Assembly (NCBI RefSeq): GCF_006345805.1
Contig: NC_042998.1
Span: 9,052,001 to 9,116,000, forward strand
DNA length: 64,000 nucleotides
From: Octopus sinensis
Taxonomy: Eukaryota
Direction: 5' to 3'
The position numbers and the translations under genes are program-made. Under the pieces are notes generated by a model. It made no database searches and had not been told where the DNA came from. It saw only the letters and a program-made list of their open reading frames with translations. Of this stretch, positions 51,888 to 64,000 are shown in pieces (the stretch's first letter is position 1; each line of letters begins with the position of its first letter).

Positions 51888-52715
51888 TCATCATCATCAT
51901 CATCATCGTTTAACGTCTGTTCTCCATGCTAGCATGGGTTGGACGGTTCGACCGGGGATCTGAGAAGCCAGAAGGCTGCACCAGGCTCCAGTCTGATCTG
52001 GCAGTGTTTCTACAGCTGGATGCCCTTCCTAACGCCAACCACTCCGTGAGTGTAGTGGGTGCTTTTTATGTGCCACCTGCACAGTTGCCAGGCGAGGCTG
52101 GCAACAGCCACGGTTGGATTGGTGCATTTTACATGCCACCGGCACGGAAGCCAGTCGAGGCATCGGCCACGATTCGGATGGTGCTTTTTACGTGCCATCG
52201 GCACGGAAGCCAGTCGAGGCAACGCTGGCATCGGCCATGATTCGGATAGCGCTTTTTACATGTCACCGGCATGGAAGCCAGTCTAGGCGGCGCTGGCATC
52301 GGCCACAATTCGGATGGTGCTTTTTATAAGTAAATAAAACATCACCTCCTCCAGTGCCCCTTCCCCTTTTAAAAGGGTTTTTATTTTTATGTCTTGCAAG
52401 TACTTGGTGACCCTGTCAGTGCAGGTGCCACTTAAAAGCACCCAGTCCACACTAGTAAAGTGGTTGGTGTTAGGAAGAGCATCCAGCTGTAAAAATAACC
52501 TTGCCAAAACTGACCTCCCCTGCGCTTGTGCCACGTAAAAAGCACCAAGTCCACTCTGCTGAGTGGTTGGTGTTAGGAAGAGCATCCAGCTGTAAAAGTC
52601 TTGCCAAATCAGTCACAGAAGTCTGGTGCAGACTTTGGCTTGGCCAGCGCTTGGGGAACCGTCCCACCCATGCTAGGCATGGAAGACGTATGTTAAACAA
52701 TGATGATGATGATAC
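51888..52715. mobile_element. Back-to-back RTE-UTR (GAT)n-tailed fragments (51888-52330 minus, 52410-52715 plus); many similar copies across the window
   Basis: Conserved ccaacccatgctagcatgg...cgttaaacgatgatg terminus in both orientations. Confidence 0.75.
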
Positions 52716-52875
52716 TTAGGTGCAGGAGTGGCTGAGAAGCTTGCTTCCCAACAGAATGTTCATGGGTTCAGTCCCACAGCATAGACCTTGAGCAAATGTC
52801 TTCTTCTATAACCCCAGGCCAAACAAAGCCTTCTAAGTGAGTTTGGTAGATGGAAACTGAAAATAAGCCCATCAT

Positions 52876-52915
<40 letters not shown>

Positions 52916-53834
52916 CATTGGATGAGCCAGAGAGCTGCACCAAGTTCCAGTCTGATTTGGCATGGTTTCTACAGCTGAAAGCCCTTCATAATGCCAACCA
53001 CTCCAAGAGTATAATGGATGTTTTATATATATATATGTGTGTCTGTCTGTGTATATGTTTGTGTGTAACCTTGTCTTGACATCAACTGTAAACATGCATT
53101 ATCATCATACAAATGATGTTTGATTCCATCTTCCTTGAAAAACTTGTCAGGTCATATGGAAATATTATCTTTCTTGGAGGCAGGTGAAGAGTAGTAACAT
53201 GAAGGGAATTGAGCTGCAAAAAATAATAAAAACCTTAACAAATTCCATCTGACTCTTTCAAATATGAAAAAGTGGGCATTAAAACAAGGATGATGATGAT
53301 GATGAGTTAATCATCATCGTTTAACGTCCGCTTTCCATGCTAGCATGGGTTGGACGGTTCGACCGGGGTCTGGGAAGCCAGGGGCTGCACCAAGCTCCAG
53401 TCTGATCTGGCAGTGTTTCTACAGCTGGATGCCCTTCCTAATGCCAACCACTCCGTGAGTGTAGTGGGTGCTTTTTACGTGTCACCGGCACAGAAGCCAG
53501 TCAAGGCGGCGCTGGCATTGGCCACGTTCGGATGGTGCTTTTACATGCCACCGGCACAGAAGGTAGCTAAATAATAGTACAGTGAGAAATAGAAAAGTCC
53601 TATGCCAGGTAGTGGGACTGAACTTGAGGCCATTTAGTTGGGAGGCAAACCTCTTAACCAACCATCTCTGTGCCTATATATATATATACTTGATTGCATG
53701 TGATGAGAGAGAGAGAGATTAGTATATATATATATATAATATATATATATACTAATCTCTCTCTCATCACATGCAATCAAGTATGATTTGGTAGCTGAAG
53801 AGGAATTTTTGGGTTTTTTTTTGTTTTAAACATA

Positions 53835-54230
53835 GGTGCAGGAGTGGCTGTGTGGTAAGTAGCTTGCTAACCAACCACATGATTCCGGGTTCATTCCCAC
53901 TTCATGGCACCTTGGGCAAGTGTCTTCTACTATAGCCTCCAGCTGACCAAAGCCTTGTGAGTGAATTTGGTAGACAGAAACTGAAAGAAGCCCGTCGTAT
54001 ATATGTGTATATATATATATATGTGTGTGGGGGGGGTCTGTGTTTTTCCCCCCAACATCGCTTGACAACCAATGCTGGTGTATTTACGTCTCCGTAACTT
54101 AGCGGTTCGGCAAATGAGACTGATAGAATAAGTACTAGGCTTACGAAGAATAAGTCCTGGGGTCAATTTGCTCGACTAAAAGCGGTGCTCCGGCATGGCC
54201 ACAGTCAAATGACTGAAACAAGTAAAAGAG
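53835..54230 (+). mobile_element. tRNA-derived SINE family A
   Basis: Full-length match to the 17527 copy. Confidence 0.85.
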
Positions 54231-55740
54231 TATAATGAAGAAACTTCAATGATATTTCACACTTTTATGGAACTGTTAGACCAATGGTGTTGGTACTGCT
54301 ATGACTGCAGACATTGCAGAATATTGTTGGCAGTTCTTTATAGCCCTCCGTCATTAGTTGTGGTTGGTTGCTGTCACAGTAGCCATTATGGGAACACATA
54401 AACACACACACACATTTTTATATTATATATATTATATAATATATACAAACATTATATATGTATTAGGCTTCAAGCTGTTTCTATCAACAAAATTTCATTT
54501 AAAAGGCTATGGTACCAGATGCTTGCAAGTATTGTGTAATAGGAGTGAACTTGAAACCACATATCTGAGACCTAAGCTTCTTCATAGAGACATGTTTCGG
54601 AAAAGCTACGTATCCAAAACGGCTGCTCACAGCAAATGCTAGGAATATTAAACACTAAGGGCTAGTGCATAAAAAGTCATATTATAAAAGGGAAACTTTA
54701 GGCCAGCATGTTAGGTCACTTTTAAAACTTTTACCTATTTTCCATGAAGTTAGTCAACAATTATAGCTTCTATCTTGGATCAATAAAAGAACCAGATGTG
54801 ACACTATCATTATAGCACAATATTGCCTAATCAATAATAGTTTACTACTGAACTAAATATGCTCTCATAAATAATACATCTCTCAAATATTTCACAGCCA
54901 TTCCTGAAATAGACATCATAAAATTTCTAGATAAATTGACAAAATTTCCATTTTGATGCTTCATCAAGCACTCACCTGTGCAGGTATTCTATATTCCAAG
55001 TTCTTTTTGATATGTGATATCTACACTTACAGATAATTCCCTCTATCTCTTGCATTTTATTCAATCAGATATTATCATCATCATCATCATCATTTAACAT
55101 CTGCTTTCCATGCTAGTATGGGTTGGGATGGCAGAATCGTTAGCACGCCGGCCGAAATGCTTTCTGGTATTTCGTCTGCCGCTACGTTCTGAGTTCAAAT
55201 TCCGTCGAGGAAGACTTTACCTTTCATCCTTTCGGGGTCGATAAAATAAGTACCAGTTACACACTGGGGTCGATATAATTGACTTAATCCGTTTGTCTGT
55301 CCTTGTTTGTCCCCTCTGTGTTTAGCCCCTTGTAGGTAGTAAAGAAATAGGTTTGACAGGAGCTGGCAAGCCAGAGAGCTGCACCAGGTTCCAATTGTCA
55401 ATTTTGGAATGGTTTCTATAGCCATAATGCCTTTCCTAGCACCATCCACTTACAGAGTGTACTGAATGCTTTTTTTATGTGACACCATTACCGATGCTTT
55501 ATACATGGCACCAGCACAGGTTCTCTTAAAATATTTCTTACACACCAGGAAGAATATAATGCAAAAATATCTGCCGAAGCTAGTGGATTCTGCTTCAGTT
55601 ACTTATAATAATTCTTACTCAAAATTTTTCTTCCACCATTTTTCTAAATACATCTGTCTTTGCTATTCATTGAACACTTCAAATAACCATCCATTATTCC
55701 GCTATCAAATATCAACACAGTATATAGTGTAAGCATGTAA

Positions 55741-56143
55741 GCGCAGGAGTGGCTGTGTGGTAAGTAGCTTGCTAACCAACCACATGGTTGCGGGTTCAGT
55801 CCCACTGCGTGGCATCTTGGGCAAGTATCTTCTGCTACAGCCCCGGGCCGACCAAAGCCTTGTGAGTAGATTTGGTAGATGGAAACTGAAAGAAGCCTGT
55901 CATATATATATATGTATATATATGTATGTGTGTGTATATGTTTGTATTTCTGTGTTTGTCCCTCTAGCATTGCTTGACAACCGATGCTGGTGTGTTTACG
56001 TCCCCGTCACTTAGCGGTTTGGCAAAAATAGACCGATAGAATAAGTACTGGGCATACAAAGAATAAGTCCCGGGGTCGATTTGCTCGACTAAAGGCGGTG
56101 CTCCAGCATGGCCACAGTCAAATGACTGAAACAAGTAAAAGAG
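55741..56143 (+). mobile_element. tRNA-derived SINE family A
   Basis: Full-length match to the 17527 copy. Confidence 0.85.
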
Positions 56144-57013
56144 AGTGTAAACATTCAAATATCGTCACTATCTTTCCAAATCCTGTTGCATTTCACATGG
56201 AATATTCAGTTCTTCGAGTCCGTTTCCTCAAGTTGTCATTTTACCTTTTTTTTGCTGTAAATCTTGGTCTGAAAAACCAGCAGAAACAACTCCCTACAAA
56301 AGCCGACGCACATACCTACAAGCATTTTGACATAGTTAGTAAAGTGTCTCTGTCAGTACAACTCAAGTTCATAGTGAAGACAACCGGCAAGTAAACAAAT
56401 TCCTGTCAGCTAGTACTTTGATTAAAACACCAGCCCACCACCAACAAGTTGACCCACACTTGACAGCAGGCCACTCAATCATTCAACAACAATAAGCTGA
56501 TCAACTAGTCACGCCCTGTAACAATAGCTATCACTAATTCTAAAAACAGTCAAACACAACAAATTCGCTTCTGGTCTGATTCACCTAAGTTTGTCTTCCT
56601 GAATTTGAAAAATTCTAAAATTTCAAGAGATGGTAATATAAAGAAATTTAATCTGTAAATTTGATTGAATGGACCTCCATACAATTTTTTGTAATATTTC
56701 AAAATCAGAATACTTTAAAAATTAAAAAAGGGACATTTATTTTTGCTTAAAATTTATTTTTTATATTAACAGTTATCCCCAAGCTAACGTGGCAGTCCAG
56801 ATAAATAGGACGAATTCTCTCCTTTAGAGAGAATTAGAAATAATGATATTTCTATTTTTTATGTATTTTATTCTAAACACATTTTATAAAAATTTAACTG
56901 TATTTTATAAAAAGAAATATTTCAAAGTGTTCCTAGATTTAATATGTAATGTTCTTTGAAGTATCAGGCTGATACGTTTTGAAACATGAAATTCATCATA
57001 ATATATTTCAACA

Positions 57014-57036
57014 ATGCAGAAATTTTATTCATCAAA
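57014..57036 (+). CDS. Candidate second gene, exon A (MQKFYSS-; exon may start at 56968 or 57020)
   Basis: Strong gtaagt donor at 57037. Ends in phase 2, compatible with the next candidate exon. Protein not recognised. Confidence 0.35.
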
Positions 57037-57059
57037 GTAAGTACCATTACAATCAACAC

Positions 57060-58110
57060 TATTTTGCCAATGAATTACAAGCTTGTTTATTCTGGTAACA
57101 TAAAAATCTGGAGTTCTGGAGCTGATGAACTTTTGGAATGCACTTTCAGCATTAGCTTGATTTTTGAACTCCTTTTCTCACAAGAAACCATCAAAGTATT
57201 TGAAAAGGTGGTAGTTGGTAAGAGAAAGGTCAGGGAAATAAGCTGGGTGGGGGAGAACTTCGTAGCCAATTTCCCTCCACTTCTGGAGCATCATTAGTGA
57301 AATGTGTGGTCAAGCATTGTCATGAACAATGATTGACCCTATTGACCAGTCTGGAATGGAGAAGTAGCAGTTTTCCGTTCATTTTGGCAATTTCATATTA
57401 ATATGTTTCTGCTGTAATGGTTTTTCCAGGTTTTAAGAAGTTATTGTGGATGAGTCCAGCAGTACACCACCAAACAGTCACCATAATCTTCATTTTGAAG
57501 AGCTCAGGTTTAGGGAAGGTTTTTGGTGCTTCATTTTGGTCCAGTCACTGTGAAGAGCTTTTTTTATCATTGTACAGAATCCACCTTTCATCGTAAGTTA
57601 CAATATGGTCAAGAAATGGATCAGTCTGGTTACAGGGAAGAAGTGACAAACAAATTTCATATCTGCTGATTTTTTGATTTTCGTTCAAATCGTGTGGTAC
57701 CCATTTGTTGTCCTTTTTTGATTTTCTGATCACATGCAAGTGATTGGAGGCAGTTTTCTGACTAACTTGAAGTTCTTTTGCCAGTTCCTGAGTGGTTTTA
57801 CGTGGCTCTTTCCCAATGACAGTTTTTAATTGACCATCATCAATGACAGATGGGCGTCTACTATGCTCACGATCTTCAAGGCTCAGGTCTCCACTGTGAA
57901 ATCATTTAAACCATTTTCAAGCTGACCACTCATCAAATGTTTTGTTGATATTACAAGCAGTTTCAGTTGCTTTACGTCCTTTTTTAAGTCAAATAGCAAA
58001 ATTGCTTGAATATATCGCATTGACAGTTCCATTTCAGATGATTGTAACAACAGTGAAAAAGATATCCATGTTAATTTATTGATGCATTTGGGCAATTCTA
58101 TGTCTGTATC
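57060..58110 (-). mobile_element. Degenerate mariner (SETMAR/Hsmar-like) transposase
   Basis: KWVPHDLNENQK and FLDHIVTYDERWILY motifs, with multiple stops and frameshifts. Confidence 0.85.
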
Positions 58111-59321
58111 ATCAGATAATTGCAAAAAAATGCTTTAAAAAAATTCAAAACTCAGCAAAAGTCCAGTACAAATTCTTCATGGTTCAATATGTTGCTTACT
58201 TTTTACTCAACCTGATATTAAGCACTCTTTTAAGTGGGAACGTTACCTATTTCTTCACTAAAAGACAAAAGTGAAATAATTTACTTAATCTCATAATGTA
58301 GTGCCTACAGCAAAGTTTAAGCCCACTACATTTGGGCTCTTAGGATTTCTCTGAAAATATTTCCTTGACTTTTTTTTTCAAATTTTCAAAGAATTTTGGT
58401 CAAAAATTCTATTGATAATTTAATCCAAAATATTTCTAAAAGAACTATCATGAAAATTAGATGTAGCTTTATTTTGTCATTAATATTCATGTTTTTATTT
58501 TATTGTGGTTTTTATTATTGTTAAAATTAAAATTAACTGAAGAGGTTAAAAAATTTTGATAAATATTATATCAGAAAATGTGGTTACAATTTCTGAAGAA
58601 TTTTCACAAAAATATTTCCAGAGAAATAATTTTGGTTAAATGTTTATAAAGAAGTTTATTTAAAACTATTTCTGATTTAGGCACATGCCAAACATTTTGA
58701 AGGGAGGGGTTTAATCAACTAAACTGATACCATTACTTGACTGGTACGTTATTTTATCACCCCAAGAGGAATGAAAGTTAGAGTGAGCCTGGACAGGACT
58801 TGAAACCAGAATGTAAAGAGTCAGAACAAATACTACAAGGCATTTTATCCAACATTCTAATGATTCTGCCAATCTACAGCCCTGAAATTTGTTTAAAATG
58901 CCAAGAAAATTTGCTGAAGAACATTTCAATCTTATTCAAAATATTGGTTAAGTTTGAGAAAACTGGAACACTTCAAAGATATGCCATGGATTTTTTCAGG
59001 GTTATGTCCAATTTCTGCTATAATTTTTTAAATCATAACTTGCTGTTACATTTAATCTGCTTTCAGAATTTCAAAAACTTGCATTGTTTTCAGGACAACT
59101 TATTTCAGATCAGCAACAAAAAGTTTTTAAAGAAAAATTTATTGATTAAAATATATTTTTATTTTTATTTTTCCTAAACGTTGTTTTACAAAAATATAAT
59201 ATATTTTCTAAATTTTATTCAATATGCTTCTATTAGCTATTTTCTCCCTTTTCATTTTAGAACAACAGTAAAGAAAAAGAAACATTATTTTTTAAATCTT
59301 TTATTTGTTTCCTTTAAATAG

Positions 59322-59357
59322 TTCATATTTTGTCATTGGTTCTGCAACATATCCAAG
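59322..59357 (+). CDS. Candidate second gene, exon B (N-SYFVIGSATYP-R)
   Basis: ttatttgtttcctttaaatag acceptor, AAG|gttggc donor. 36 nt, phase 2 to 2. Confidence 0.45.
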
Positions 59358-60410
59358 GTTGGCCGACTGTTTGGTTGGTTGGTTGGTTGGTTGGTTGGTT
59401 AGCCTAAGAAAGATCTATGATCAAAGGCATTCCCGACATGACCAATCTGCTTTTCATTTGGAATTAGTATATCTAGGACTACATTATCTAATGTGTCTTT
59501 GCAATTTTAAAACAGAAGGGTATAAATTTGAGGGAGATTTGACTGTCACTTCTAGCAGGTTCAGAAGCCACAAGCACATAGAGGCCTTCTCATTAGCTGA
59601 ATTATTAGTAGATGTCGAAGAAAGGCATAATTCACTGTTTAACTACTAACAACAACAAAGTAGGCAGAAACAGTCTAAATAAAATCAATGCAAGTTTAAC
59701 ACCTTCACCTGATCCTGGATGACTTTTAATGGAACTCAATCTGTTGCAAGCATTTGAGCCAGTTTTCCAGTTTGAGGATAACTTTCTCCCTTGCTTCTAC
59801 TAATCTTTGATCACCTCTGACCAACCTGTCTTTTCCTTGTGTGTGTGTGTGTGTGTGCATGTGTATGTGTGTTTCACTGTTTAGTCAAGTTGTAAGGAGG
59901 GCAATGGTTCATAAACCTTTATTTTTTCAGCTCTTCTAAGATTGGTAGAAGGAAAAGAAAAAGTCATCCTCAAACTGGAAACCTGGCTCAAATGCTTGCA
60001 GCAGATTGAGCTCCATTAAAAGTAATCCAGGATCAGGTGACGGTTGTTAAACTAGTCTGTAGCTATGTGATCGAGAAGTCTGTTCCCCAACTACATGGGT
60101 CCAAATTCCGTGCATGGGGGTGCACGTGTCTGTATCTCCTTATCTTGACATCACATGGTAATCATAAATAAGCAGTATCTATTGTTTCCAATTTCCTATA
60201 AAAAAATATCTGGCGATAGGGAAATATTGCTTTGCTTAGAGAGAGGTAAGAATTGGCGACAGGCAGGGCATCTGGTTATAGAAAATAAACCTCACTGAAT
60301 TCTGTCTGACCCATTCAAGTATGTAAAAATAAACATTAAAGCAATCATGATGGTGATGATGTTGATATATACACAGACATCTCAAAAGTAAATAGACATT
60401 GTCGACAGCG

Positions 60411-61105
60411 ATTTGTGCTGGACAGAACACATTGCTAAAATTGCCAAGAAGGCTGAAGGTGTCTTGGCATCACTTACCAAGTCCTTTGTGAGCTGCTCTC
60501 CGGCTATCTATCTGTGGCTTTATATAGCTATGGTATGGCCTCACCTGGAATTGGCATCACCGATGTCGAACCACTATCTTGCCCAGGATATTAATCATCT
60601 GGAAACCGTTCAGCGACGTGCAACCAAGAGAATACCCTCCATCAGGCATTTGCCATATTCTGAACGCCTTACTTCCCTGGGCATGGATACATTGAAACTC
60701 TGATGTCTGGCAGCTGACTTGGCAGACACCCATAAAATTATCAACCATCTTACAAACAATAACTCTGAGCACTTTTTCAAACTCCACCTGTCTAACACCC
60801 ATGAACATGTTTACAAAGTCAGAAAACAGCACAGCTCCCATGACTTTCAGAAGCATTTTTTCCTGCTAAGAGTTGCTGAAGCATGGAACAAACTGCTGGC
60901 ATCAGTTGTTAGTTGTCGGAGCACTGCATCCTTCAAAACTTCCATCCTTCCTGAGATTCGCCAACACTACACCTGATTTTCTCCCCTCCACATAAACGCA
61001 AGCATGTATCTGACTCAAATACTGTTCCCTTTCCAGACATTTGTACATTACTGCATATGCTTTATACGCACTTTTGACGAGTTGTGGTGCACCTGAGCGC
61101 TGTAT
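60411..61105 (+). mobile_element. Diverged sister-subfamily LINE 3' fragment with a premature stop at 60701
   Basis: ORFs 60413-60703 and 60719-60976 are homologous to the RT C-terminus; related 3' stem-loop. Confidence 0.88.
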
Positions 61106-61811
61106 ACAATAATTTCATTGTTATATTTTTTCCAGAAAGATTTCTATATGATGTTCTCAAATATTTAATCTAGTATTTAGTAGACATACCATGTGCAGTG
61201 TTTTGGTAATTTAACCACTTGGACATCTGACATGGTGGCAGCTGCTACCCAATAATTTGTTTGAGGTAAGCCGCCAATTAACACTACCAGCCATTGTATG
61301 ATGATGAGAATATCATAAGAAAGACAGTCTCTCTTATCAACACACATCATACCTTGTCTGGTTTCTGTGACTGAAGGGGAGATAACTGTGGTGCATGCAG
61401 GAGATTTGAAACAAGGACACCTACCTTCTCTTCGCCAGCGCAGACCTCTCCAGTGGTAATGCACCCTTCCGCGTGGCCCGACCTGAACGCTAGAAATAGC
61501 AGCTGCTTTTCCCCTACCTTGACAAAGAACTCACACATCCGACTCTGTCCGCTACCCTGATCAAAGAAGGACCAATCCTGCCCTGCCTGTGCACGTGTCA
61601 CTCCTTCCCCTTCCTCTTCCGGTCAGCCCCAAGTTCCAGTCAGCTCCCCAGCTGCTGACATCATCCCACAATAACCACTCTGAAATGTTTACATCTCACA
61701 GTCTGGGTAGGTGGCTCTGTCAGCTGATTTTAGTGTATTTATATCATTTGTCCGCAGTGAGACATTTTCTCCATGACAAAACATAGTGAATGTTTTTTTT
61801 TATTTTTACAG

Positions 61812-61842
61812 GTTTGAATATGCTCAAAGCATCTTTGAACTG
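61812..61842 (+). CDS. Candidate second gene, exon C (R-FEYAQSIFEL)
   Basis: Strong ttttatttttacag acceptor, CTG|gtaata donor. Its first base completes AG+G = Arg from exon B. Confidence 0.45.
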
Positions 61843-61865
61843 GTAATAACCTTACATACTAATGG

Positions 61866-62050
61866 GTAGTTAGTTAGTTAGTTAATTTTTTGGCTCAAAA
61901 AGCAAAAAGCAAGGCCATGTAGGGGGACATGGAGTTATGTACAGGGTGGTGTTCATGTAAAGAGTTCAGGCCACTTGTGGTCAAGGGAGACTTTGAACCG
62001 AACGGTCGTCGGCATCTTCACCATCTCGTCCGGCAGCTTGTTCCACAGTA
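61866..62050 (-). mobile_element. CR1-type LINE 3' fragment (LWNKLPDEMVKMPTTVRFKVSLDHKWPELFT*)
   Basis: WNxLP...FK..LD C-terminal motif and (AACT)n tail. Confidence 0.75.
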
Positions 62051-62398
62051 GTGTCCACACAGACAAAAAGACATAATGAGAGGTGCCTATTTACTTTTGA
62101 GCTGTCTTTGTATAGGCACATTATGACCAAATGGTTAAAAAGTTCACTTAAGAATTATGAGATCTCAGGTTTGACCTCACCTCATGTTGCCATGTTTATT
62201 ATAAAGACTGATAAGAAAATATTAGATCTACATATTGTCTAATTATTATCAGCACATGTTCCACTCTGCACTTAGAAATATTTTCTTGTCATTTGCTAGT
62301 TTATATGTCTCTTATAAATATAAAAATATTAACATTTATATTAATATGTGAACTACTTCCTCTCATACTCTCTTTCTCTCTGTCTCTCTGCATGTCCA

Positions 62399-62435
<37 letters not shown>

Positions 62436-64000
62436 CTCTTTCTCAACAAATGCACATGTCCACACACTCACACACACATATACATACACACACACACACA
62501 CAAACACATATACACACATATATGCAATAGAAAGCTGACTGAAAAATGGAAGATTTTTTTCTTTTTTTCTGAAGAATTTCTGGAAGAAAAAAAAAAATTA
62601 ATAAAGATAAATGTTAAAGACTGTAATACGTATTTGTGAAATTAATATTGCTTTTGTTTTTTGTATTTTTTTTTTTTTTTTTAGTTTTAGCTTTTATTAT
62701 TTCAAAAACATCCACAAAATATAAAATAAACAGAATAATTCAGACTGAAACTCAATTGATTATTTTACGAAATCTTTTTTTTATCTCCATCAAAATTATC
62801 AAAATTATAAACTTTGAGAAATATTCAAGTTATAAAACTGAAATATATTGGAAGAATTATAACATATTTCCATGAAGCAAACCAGCTTCATAGATCAAAA
62901 AATTTAAGTATAAATGTAATAAAATATAGATTATGATTACATTCTGTCATTATATGATCTGTGTAAATTCTCCATGACAAGACACAGTGAATAGTGAATT
63001 TGTTGGTGTAAAGTCATCTTTTTCTCATATTTATTATTAACTACAATTTCCTGCATCGGGAAATGAGTCATAAATTTGTGGTACTCTCACTAAAACCAAC
63101 TCTGGTACATGAAAGATAGTTATTTTGTTAACCCTGCTTAATAAAAATATAAACTCAGAACATACAAGGATGGAACTAAATACTGTCTTACAATTATTTC
63201 TGCCACCCACTACTGATTATTAATTGATTGAATAGGCACATGTGTGGCTGAGTAGTAAGAAGTTTGCTTTCCAATCACATGGTTTCAGGTTCAGTCCTGC
63301 TGCATGGCACTTGCACTTTAGGCAGGTATCTTCTGCTACAGCCCTGGGCTGACCAAAGCCTTATGGGTGAATTCAGTAAATTGAAACAAAAGAAGCCTAC
63401 CTGTCATATGTGTGTGTGTGTTTGTGTGCATGTGTGTGTTACTGTCTCCTTTCCTTGATATTGTGTGACAGTTGTAAACAAGTGTCACCATCACACAAAT
63501 GGTGACCTTCATGTTCAGTCTTCCATGGAAACACGTCTGGTCACAGGGAAATATTTCTTTGCCTGAAAAGAGGTGAGGGTTGGCAGCACGAAGGGCATCC
63601 AGCTATAGCAAAAATATGCCTCAACAAATTTCATCTGACCCATGCAGGTATGGAAAAGTGGACGTTAAAATGATGATGATGATGATGATGACAATAACAA
63701 CAACTGCAGTAACAATGTGAACATTGATGATGATCTGCTACTAAGATTCATAATACAAGAAGAATGAGATTACATCATAATCTTGTCTTCCCCAGAAGTA
63801 TTAACAAATGTATAACACAATTTCAAGTGCAAATTGAAACCAGGATGAAACCAGGATGATTAATTAAGAATTTGCCACGAGACACACTTATTACTCATTG
63901 GTAATATTTACTGACTGAGTGACAATTTTAATAGCTTCTCTACTTAAATTCTACTTGTGCACATCTTTATATATAAAAGTGAAGTTGTGTGTCTGTCTCC

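Noticed and set aside
54976-55070. Minus-strand exon candidate (..WNIEYLHR|gtgagt), and another near 49579 (GYGIFRIRFMALEQY*)
   Set aside because: The first has no credible acceptor, there is no linking exon chain, and neither peptide is recognisable.
56986-57297. 103 aa ORF MKFIIIYF...
   Set aside because: It reads through a strong donor into the antisense strand of a mariner relic, and the spliced version stops within two exons.
61330-61630. GC-rich stretch with short ORFs (similar at 35640-35880 and 40856-41080)
   Set aside because: Probably old LINE fragments; there are no splice signals or motifs strong enough for a call.

Overview
AT-rich animal genomic DNA, very likely a cephalopod (octopus), inferred from the SINE/LINE families, microsatellite density and intron sizes. 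It is not prokaryotic: there is no CRISPR array, operon or rRNA. The main gene is a complete plus-strand PRPF31 (U4/U6 snRNP Prp31), with 13 coding exons from 8014 to 46900 (about 489 aa) and a probable non-coding first exon ending at 6017. Coding exon 5 is 1 nt short of frame as assembled. Three short, phase-compatible exons at 57.0, 59.3 and 61.8 kb suggest a second, unidentified plus-strand gene. The rest is mostly transposon-derived: 5'-truncated CR1/L2-type and RTE LINEs, two tRNA-derived SINE families, mariner/Tc1 relics, piggyBac-like MITEs, non-autonomous Helitrons, Penelope-like termini with hammerhead-like cores, and fold-back palindromes. The most striking structure is a 2.8 kb hierarchical 26-28 bp minisatellite grown inside an RTE 3'UTR remnant, which fills PRPF31 intron 8. 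No wholly new biological system can be demonstrated from the sequence alone.
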